Below, piece after piece: positions 57,303-64,000 of a stretch of DNA of 64,000 nucleotides. The stretch lies in assembly GCA_963827755.1 (NCBI GenBank), contig CAWHCQ010000017.1:46071-110070 (forward strand), read 5' to 3'. Source of the stretch: an uncultured Gammaproteobacteria bacterium (lineage in GTDB: Bacteria > Pseudomonadota > Gammaproteobacteria > UBA9214). The notes beneath the pieces are model-generated. The model had not been told where the DNA came from and ran no database searches. It saw nothing but the letters and a program-made list of their open reading frames with translations. The position numbers and the translations under genes were made by a program. The number at the start of each line of letters is the position of its first letter. Position 1 is the first letter of the stretch.

Positions 57303-58283
57303 ATGAATAAACAAACCTCACGTCTGTCGGAGAAAGCTGAATATGGCGTGCGCCATGACTGGTCACGCTCGCAGGTCATGGCGCTGTTCGAGTTGCCGTT
57401 CAACGATTTGCTGTTCAGGTCCCAGTGCGTACACCGGGAAAACTTCGATGCCAATGCCGTGCAGGTCAGCACCCTCCTGAGCATCAAAACCGGTGGCTGT
57501 CCGGAGGACTGCCACTACTGTCCGCAGAGCGTGCACTATGACGCAGGCCTGGAACCCGAAAGCCTGATGGAGGTTGAAGACGTGGTCAGCGCGGCAAGAG
57601 CCGCCCGGGATGCGGGCGCCTCGCGCTTTTGCATGGGTGCGGCCTGGCGCAACCCCAGGGGCAGGAATTTCCAGCGCGTTCTGGAGATGGTGCGCCGGGT
57701 GCGTGACGAGGGGCTCGAGACCTGTGCAACGCTCGGCATGCTCGATGAAGGGCAGGCGCTTGAACTGAAACAGGCGGGCCTCGATTACTACAACCACAAC
57801 CTCGATACATCGCCGGAGTTTTACGGCGAGATCATTACCACGCGTACCTACGAAGACCGCCTCGACACCCTGGCCCATGTGCGCGAGGCCGGCATTAACG
57901 TATGCAGCGGCGGCATTGTCGGCCTGGGCGAAGACCGCTACGACCGGGCATCGATGTTGTGCGAGCTGGCCAACCTGCCGGAGCATCCCGGCAGTGTGCC
58001 GATCAACCGCCTGGTAAAAGTGGAGGGTACGCCGCTGGATGAGCAACCCGAGATTGAAGCGACTGAATTCGTGCGCACCATCGCCGTGGCACGCATCCTC
58101 ATGCCGCGCGCCTATGTGCGCCTGTCGGCCGGGCGCAGCGAGATGAGTGATGAAATGCAGGCACTGTGTTTCCTGGCCGGCGCCAACTCGATTTTCTACG
58201 GTGAGAAACTGCTTACCACGGGCAATCCCGATACCGCCAGCGACGATGCCCTGTTCGAACGCCTTGGGCTGCACCCGGCCTGA
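57303..58283 (+). CDS. bioB: Biotin synthase
   Basis: [33 protein letters not shown]. Confidence 0.98.
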   Translation: MNKQTSRLSEKAEYGVRHDWSRSQVMALFELPFNDLLFRSQCVHRENFDANAVQVSTLLSIKTGGCPEDCHYCPQSVHYDAGLEPESLMEVEDVVSAARAARDAGASRFCMGAAWRNPRGRNFQRVLEMVRRVRDEGLETCATLGMLDEGQALELKQAGLDYYNHNLDTSPEFYGEIITTRTYEDRLDTLAHVREAGINVCSGGIVGLGEDRYDRASMLCELANLPEHPGSVPINRLVKVEGTPLDEQPEIEATEFVRTIAVARILMPRAYVRLSAGRSEMSDEMQALCFLAGANSIFYGEKLLTTGNPDTASDDALFERLGLHPA

Positions 58284-58289
58284 AGGAGA

Positions 58290-58319
58290 GTAGGGTGCAT
58301 TTCATGCACCATTACGGTG
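58290..58319 (+). repeat. GTAG-family REP
   Basis: GTAGGGTGCATTTCATGCACC, identical to the copy at 59571. Confidence 0.85.
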
Positions 58320-58401
58320 TTGAAACGAAGCCACCCTCGAATCTCATATTGCAACGCTGTGCGCTGCGCGGCGGTAAAAAATCAACGCTCACACGCCTGA
58401 T

Positions 58402-59574
58402 ATGAAAAACCTGTCCGCAGCGCTCGCCGCCCGCAAACAGAAAAACCTGTACCGCAGCCGCCAGGTCACCGAGGGTCCGCAAGGCGTCGAGGTGTGCATC
58501 GATGGCACATCGTACCTGTCATTCTGCAGCAACGATTACCTCGGCCTGGCAAATCATCCGCAGGTCGTCGCTGCCTTTCACCGGGGGCTCGATGAGTTCG
58601 GTGCCGGCAGCGGTGCGGCACATTTGATCAGCGGTCACAGCCGGGCGCATCAGCGGCTGGAAGAGGAACTCGCCGGGTTTGTGCAACGCCCGCGGGCCCT
58701 GTTGTTTTCCACCGGCTACATGGCAAACCTCGGCGTGATGCAGGCACTGCTTGGCCGTGGCGACCGTGTTTTCCAGGATCGTGGCAACCATGCCTCCCTG
58801 CTGGATGGCGCACGCCTGTGCGGCGCACGCCTGCTGCGCTACCGGCACACTGACGTGGTCGACCTGGAGAGACGCATGTCTGATGCGCCCGCTGGCGAGT
58901 ACCTGCTGGCGACCGACGGCGTGTTCAGCATGGACGGCGATATGGCACCGCTGGCCGGGTTGGCAAAGGCCGCGGGACAACACGGGGCCTGGTTCATGGT
59001 TGACGATGCACACGGCATCGGCGTGGTCGGGCCCGAAGGTCGCGGCAGCGTGGCACAGGCCGGGCTCGGCCCGGAACAGGTGCCGATATTGATGGCAACG
59101 CTCGGCAAGGCGTTCGGCTGCTTCGGTGCATTTGTCGCCGGCAGCGAGGAACTGGTCGAGACCCTGATCCAGCAGGCGCGCACCTATATCTACACAACGG
59201 CGGCGCCCCCGGCCGTTGCCGTGGCGACTCGTGCGGCACTGAAACTGGTGCGGGAAGAAGGCTGGCGGCGCGAGCGGCTGGCGATGCTGCTGCAGCGTTT
59301 CCGTGCCGGTGCGAAACAGCTCGGCCTGGGCCTGGCTGATTCAAACACGCCGATACAGCCGCTGGTTGTCGGTGATGCCGGGATCGCCCTGCAATACAGC
59401 GAAGCACTGCGCCGACAGGGCATCCTGGTGACGGCCATACGACCGCCAACCGTGCCGCCGGGCACGGCGCGGCTGCGCATTACCTTTTCTGCCGCGCATA
59501 GCGAGGAGCACGTGGACCGGCTGCTGGATGCCCTGGAAAATATTTTTGTCACCGGGAACACAGAGACAGGGTAG
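58402..59574 (+). CDS. bioF: 8-amino-7-oxononanoate synthase
   Basis: SNDYLGL, HASLLDG, FSMDGD, DDAHG, TLGKA, IRPPTVP. Confidence 0.97.
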   Translation: MKNLSAALAARKQKNLYRSRQVTEGPQGVEVCIDGTSYLSFCSNDYLGLANHPQVVAAFHRGLDEFGAGSGAAHLISGHSRAHQRLEEELAGFVQRPRALLFSTGYMANLGVMQALLGRGDRVFQDRGNHASLLDGARLCGARLLRYRHTDVVDLERRMSDAPAGEYLLATDGVFSMDGDMAPLAGLAKAAGQHGAWFMVDDAHGIGVVGPEGRGSVAQAGLGPEQVPILMATLGKAFGCFGAFVAGSEELVETLIQQARTYIYTTAAPPAVAVATRAALKLVREEGWRRERLAMLLQRFRAGAKQLGLGLADSNTPIQPLVVGDAGIALQYSEALRRQGILVTAIRPPTVPPGTARLRITFSAAHSEEHVDRLLDALENIFVTGNTETG

Positions 59575-59657
59575 GGTGCATTTCATGCACCATTGCGGTG
59601 CTGGACCGTGGCGTGCGAATGTTTGCCGCGTGTCATGGTGCGTAGAACGCACCCTGC
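59571..59657. repeat. REP doublet (REPIN-like)
   Basis: GTAGGGTGCATTTCATGCACCAT 59571-59593 with inverted variant GCAGGGTGCGTTCTACGCACCAT on the minus strand at 59635-59657. Confidence 0.8.
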
Positions 59658-59673
59658 GCTGGCTGATTACATA

Positions 59674-60447
59674 ATGACGATCTATACACAAACAACCGGC
59701 AGCGGCCCTGACCTTGTCCTGATCCACGGCTGGGGCTTGCACGGCGGGATCTGGGATGAATTCGTGCCCCTGCTGGAAACGGATTTCCGGGTGACCTGTG
59801 TCGACCTGCCGGGGCATGGCCGCAGTGACTGGCAGGGCGAGACGACACTGGATGCGATGGTCGATGCGCTGCTGGATGCGCTGCCGCGTCCGGCTGCATG
59901 GCTGGGCTGGTCGCTGGGTGGGCTGCTGGCAAGCCGGGCCGCAGTGGTGCAGCCAGCCCGGGTGAATGCACTGGTGATGCTTGCCAGCACGCCGTGTTTC
60001 GTGCGCAGGCCGGGCTGGCAGTCCGCCATGCTGCCGGCCCTGCTGGATACCTTCGCCGCGGAATTGCAGGCGGATTACAGCCGCACGCTGAATCGTTTTC
60101 TGTCCCTGCAGGTGCGCGGCAGTGCGCAGGCGAACCAGGCCCTGAAGATCCTGCGCGGAAAACTGCTGGCGCATGGCGAGCCCTCGACGGCGGCCCTGCA
60201 GGCCGGGCTGGATATCCTGCGCAGCAGCGATTTGCGTGAACAGGTCTGTGCAATCCAATGCCCCGTCATGCTGCTGATGGGCGAGCGGGACACGCTGGTG
60301 CCGGTCAATGCCGGGCGTGAATCGGCGAACCTGTTTCCTGACGCCCGGCTCGAAGTGGTCGAAGGCGCCGGACATGCGCCGTTTATTTCGCAACCGGACG
60401 TTGTTGCGACACTGGTGCGGGACTTTCTGCAGGCCGGTGTGCAGTAA
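59674..60447 (+). CDS. bioH: Pimeloyl-ACP methyl ester esterase
   Basis: LIHGWG, DLPGHG, GWSLGG, GHAPF; inside the bio operon. Confidence 0.93.
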   Translation: MTIYTQTTGSGPDLVLIHGWGLHGGIWDEFVPLLETDFRVTCVDLPGHGRSDWQGETTLDAMVDALLDALPRPAAWLGWSLGGLLASRAAVVQPARVNALVMLASTPCFVRRPGWQSAMLPALLDTFAAELQADYSRTLNRFLSLQVRGSAQANQALKILRGKLLAHGEPSTAALQAGLDILRSSDLREQVCAIQCPVMLLMGERDTLVPVNAGRESANLFPDARLEVVEGAGHAPFISQPDVVATLVRDFLQAGVQ

Positions 60448-60482
60448 CTATCGGGAAGCATAATCCGAGCTGATGAATTCAT

Positions 60483-61353
60483 ATGACTGAAGCAGACAAC
60501 ATCGCATTGATTGATAAACGCCTGGCGCGCCGTGCCTTTGAAAAGGCGGCGAGCACCTATGATGCTGCCGCCGTCTTGCAAAACGAGATCGGCTCCCGCC
60601 TGATGGAGCGGCTCGATTATGTGCGGCTGCAGCCGACGCCGGGTGCTTGACCTGGGTGCCGGTACCGGTACCTTTACCGCGGCGTTGATGAAGCGTTATC
60701 GCAGGGCCGACGTGGTCGCGCTGGATATTGCACGGCCGATGCTGGAACGCGTGCAGCAGCGCGCCGGCTGGTTTCGCAAGCCGGGCTGCGTCTGCGGCGA
60801 CAGTGAATCGCTGCCATTTGCCGACGACAGTTTTGATTTGATTTTTTCCAACCTGATGTTGCAGTGGTGCACAGACCTGCCGGCAACCTTCGTCGAGCTG
60901 CGCCGGGTGCTGTCACCGGGTGGCCTGCTGATGTTCACCACCTTCGGACCGGATACCCTGATGGAGTTGCGCGCCAGCTGGGAGGCGGTTGACGGTTACA
61001 GTCATGTCAATTCGTTTATCGATCTGCATGATGTCGGCGATTCGCTGGTGCATACCCGCTGGGCGGAGCCGGTGATGGATTCTGAATACATCACGGTGAC
61101 CTACCGCGAATTGCGCGGCCTGATGCAGGATCTGAAACAAATCGGTGCGCACAATGTCACCTCCGGTCGCCCGCGCGGCCTGACCGGCAAGCGTCACCTG
61201 CAGCAGCTTGTCGAGGCCTATGAGCCGTTCCGCAAAGATGGTGTCCTGCCGGCCAGTTACGAGGTGGTATATGGCCATGCCTGGTCACCGGACAATAAAC
61301 ATGCCCCATCCGGCAGCCGGGAAGTGCCGCTGGCTGACCTTGAGGGGAGCTAG
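60483..61353 (+). CDS. bioC: Malonyl-ACP O-methyltransferase (apparent frameshift ~60639)
   Basis: MTEADNIALIDK..RRAFEKAASTYDAAAVLQ from 60483, then VLDLGAGTG, SNLMLQW, FGPDTL.EL in ORF 60619..61353. Confidence 0.92.
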
Positions 61354-61386
61354 TCATGTGATGTACGTCCGTTGATATCATAAAAA

Positions 61387-62088
61387 ATGGATAAAGGTTT
61401 TTATAAAAGCCCCGGTTATTTCATCACCGGCACCGATACCGGTGTTGGCAAGACGACGATCACGCTGGGGCTGATGCACTGCCTGCAGTCCCGCGGGCGG
61501 CGGGTCGCGGCGCTGAAGCCGGTGGCCTCGGGCTGTCAGGCGACGGCCGGGGGCCTGCGCAATGACGATGCCCTGGCATTGCAGCGCCAGGCCTCGGTGG
61601 CGCTGGACTACGGTCAGGTAAACCCCTATGCCTTTGAACCGGCGATTGCGCCGCATATTGCCGCGGCTCGGGCCGGGGTGCGGATCGACCCCGGGCGTAT
61701 TCGGCAGGCATACGCCGACCTGGCCGGCCGGGCGGATTGCGTGCTGGTCGAGGGTGCGGGTGGCTGGCAGGTGCCGCTGGACGGGCGCTACACCCTGGCC
61801 GATCTCGCCCGCAGGCTGGGTTTGCCGGTGATCCTCGTGGTCGGGCTGCGTCTCGGCTGCCTGAATCATGCACGCCTGACGGCCGATGCCATCGAGGCCG
61901 TCGGCTTGCCGCTGGCGGGGTGGGTCGCGAATTGCCCGCCACCGCCGGCAGATGCCGGGGAAGAATCGATTAATGCATTGATAAAAATTATTAATGCCCC
62001 GTTGCTGGGTATTGTCCCGTTACTCAAGGTTGTTACCGCAGAGGCCGTTGCCGCCCGCCTGTGCGCCACCCCGGCCGGCCACGGCTGA
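61387..62088 (+). CDS. bioD: Dethiobiotin synthase
   Basis: FITGTDTGVGKT, KPVASG, VEGAGGW, RLGCLNHA. Confidence 0.97.
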   Translation: MDKGFYKSPGYFITGTDTGVGKTTITLGLMHCLQSRGRRVAALKPVASGCQATAGGLRNDDALALQRQASVALDYGQVNPYAFEPAIAPHIAAARAGVRIDPGRIRQAYADLAGRADCVLVEGAGGWQVPLDGRYTLADLARRLGLPVILVVGLRLGCLNHARLTADAIEAVGLPLAGWVANCPPPPADAGEESINALIKIINAPLLGIVPLLKVVTAEAVAARLCATPAGHG

Positions 62089-62259
62089 TTTGGTCTTCAT
62101 TTGTATCGAAGGGAATACTAATATAAAATTTGCAGACTTTTTTCGGCCGAAATCCTCTACCAATGGCGCTTGCACCGGTTGAGGGCATTCAGGGTATAAA
62201 GTAGTATTCGCGCTCTGTTTCGCAGATCGGCCAGGCACCTGCGGCGTGTAAACAAGCTT

Positions 62260-62760
62260 GTGATTGAACGGGAATGCGCAGCTGCCGGTATGGACTGTCA
62301 CTGGGTGATTCGTCCGAACCAGTCCCTGTCATGGCGCAGTGCATTGAGGTTTTACGCGGCAATCAGTTTTTGCTGCCTGGGCATCGGCGTCGCATTTGCG
62401 TTTCACGGCTTCTGGCCGGTACTGCCATTTGCAGGTCTCGAGGTCGTTGTTTTGGGGATTGCTTTCTACCTGTGCCTGTCACGAAGCCAGGTGCGCGAGG
62501 TGATCTCGGTAAATGCTGAAGTCGTCAGCGTGGAAAAGGGACGACACCAGCCGCAGGAGCACTGGGAATGCCCGCGTGCATGGGCGCGCATAAGCCTGCA
62601 GCGTTCACCGATTGCCTGGTATCCGCAGCAGCTGGCGGTTGCCTTCCAGGGGAAGCAGGTCGTTATCGGCGAGTTCCTGAATGAAGGGGAGCGCTGTGCA
62701 CTGGCGGCGGAACTGGAACAGGTGATTCACCGCGATGACTGGCACGGGAGCGGCGCCTGA
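62260..62760 (+). CDS. DUF2244 domain membrane protein
   Basis: RPNQSLS, GFWPVLPFAGLE, IGEFL...ER. Confidence 0.85.
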   Translation: MIERECAAAGMDCHWVIRPNQSLSWRSALRFYAAISFCCLGIGVAFAFHGFWPVLPFAGLEVVVLGIAFYLCLSRSQVREVISVNAEVVSVEKGRHQPQEHWECPRAWARISLQRSPIAWYPQQLAVAFQGKQVVIGEFLNEGERCALAAELEQVIHRDDWHGSGA

Positions 62761-62822
62761 CGGGGTCGGCGCAGCACACGATTTACAAATTATATAAACT
62801 TTATAAGTCAGGGAGTCGATGC

Positions 62823-63950
62823 ATGTTCGCTAAATCGCTTAAAGGCGCCATCTGCAGTATCTGGGGCGTGGTCCTTCTGCTTGGTAGTGGCCCCGGCCAT
62901 GCCGAGTACATGTTCAACCTGGTACGAGGCGTTACCGATATCAGCCACAAGGTTTTCAACCTGCATATGCTGATTTTCTGGATCTGCGTTGTGGTATGTA
63001 TCGGGGTATTCGCGGTGCTGATCTACTCGATATATGCCCACCGCAAATCCAAAGGCGCGGTGCCGGCAACCTTTCACGAGAGCACCACGGTTGAAGTCAT
63101 CTGGACCACCATTCCTTTCGTGGTGCTGGTCGCCATGGCCGTCCCGGCGACCACGACCCTGCTGGCACTGGAAGATACCCGTGACTCGGATATGTCGATC
63201 CAGGTCACCGGTTACCAGTGGAAGTGGAAATACGATTACCTCGACGAAGGCATCAGCTTTTTCAGCACCCTGTCCACGCCGCGCGAACAGATCACCGGTG
63301 ATGCCCCGAAAGACGACACCTACCTGATGGATGTCGACAACCCGATCGTCGTGCCGATCAACAAGAAAATCCGTTTCCTGATTACCTCCAACGACGTGAT
63401 TCACTCCTGGTGGGTACCTGATCTGGGCTGGAAGCAGGATGCCGTGCCCGGGTTTATCAACGATGCCTGGACCGAACTGAAAGAGCCGGGCACCTACCGC
63501 GGCAAGTGTGCCGAGCTGTGCGGCAAGGACCACGGCTTCATGCCGATCGTGCTGATTGCCAAGACGGAAGACGACTACCAGCAGTGGGTTGCCGACCAGA
63601 AGGCCGGTGCGGCGGCCGAAGCGGCTTCCGCCACCAGGGCCTGGACCATGGCTGAGCTGATGGCCAGGGGCGAGACGGTCTACAACACCGCCTGCGCGGC
63701 ATGCCACCAGCCCACGGGCGCAGGTATCCCGGGCGTGTTTCCGGCCGTTACCGGCAGCGCAATTGCCATGGGCCCTGTTGCCGGGCACCTGGACATCATC
63801 ATTAACGGCAAGGCGGGCACGGCCATGCAGGCTTTTGGCGCCCAGTTGAGCGATGTTGATATAGCTGCGGTCACGACCTTTGAGCGCAACGGCCTTGGTA
63901 ATAGTGTCGGCGACATGGTGCAACCGTCTGAAGTTGCAGCCGCACGCTAA
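62823..63950 (+). CDS. coxB: Cytochrome c oxidase subunit II with C-terminal cytochrome c domain
   Basis: GYQWKWKY, DVIHSW, CuA motif CAELCGKDHGFM, CAACH. Confidence 0.96.
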   Translation: MFAKSLKGAICSIWGVVLLLGSGPGHAEYMFNLVRGVTDISHKVFNLHMLIFWICVVVCIGVFAVLIYSIYAHRKSKGAVPATFHESTTVEVIWTTIPFVVLVAMAVPATTTLLALEDTRDSDMSIQVTGYQWKWKYDYLDEGISFFSTLSTPREQITGDAPKDDTYLMDVDNPIVVPINKKIRFLITSNDVIHSWWVPDLGWKQDAVPGFINDAWTELKEPGTYRGKCAELCGKDHGFMPIVLIAKTEDDYQQWVADQKAGAAAEAASATRAWTMAELMARGETVYNTACAACHQPTGAGIPGVFPAVTGSAIAMGPVAGHLDIIINGKAGTAMQAFGAQLSDVDIAAVTTFERNGLGNSVGDMVQPSEVAAAR

Positions 63951-63987
63951 CAAAGTATCCAGAAATATTCAGTGGAGAGATAAAGCA

Positions 63988-64000
63988 ATGAGTACAGCGA
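63988..64000 (+). CDS. Probable start of cytochrome c oxidase subunit I (truncated by window)
   Basis: GGAG RBS plus ATG AGT ACA GCG directly after coxB; identity inferred only from usual operon order. Confidence 0.45.

Noticed and set aside
62823-63950. CoxB-cytochrome c fusion as a novelty
   Set aside because: Common architecture in gammaproteobacterial A-type oxidases

Overview
High-GC gammaproteobacterial chromosome segment, mostly core genes. It carries argS-priA, split-alpha transhydrogenase pntA1/A2/B, hemE, gltBD, dgt-aroB-aroK-pilQPONM, mrcA, mdh, rpmE, hemW-rdgB-rph, yicC-gmk-rpoZ-spoT-ridA-recG-ubiCA, comF, bioBFHCD and the start of a cytochrome c oxidase operon. Small accessory genes lie at 1-4.6 kb. 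I saw no rRNA, tRNA, CRISPR array, transposase or prophage. About nine conserved genes carry a single-base frameshift or an in-frame stop, most likely long-read consensus errors. The most interesting signals are non-coding. (1) Two inverted ~330-bp copies of a structured repeat between hemE and gltD share an invariant 39-nt core, and their nested stems differ by compensatory substitutions. (2) A DARS-like DnaA-box triplet lies upstream of priA and a second DnaA/IHF cluster upstream of DUF3135-rpmE; the two flank a block that appears rearranged relative to the Pseudomonas gene order. (3) Several orphan repeat families occur (GTAG REPs, TCACTTC heptamers, CACGGAA units, a CCCTCTCCC hairpin). (4) Two candidate structured leaders are present. 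All calls come from reading the sequence and remembered family motifs; no searches were run.
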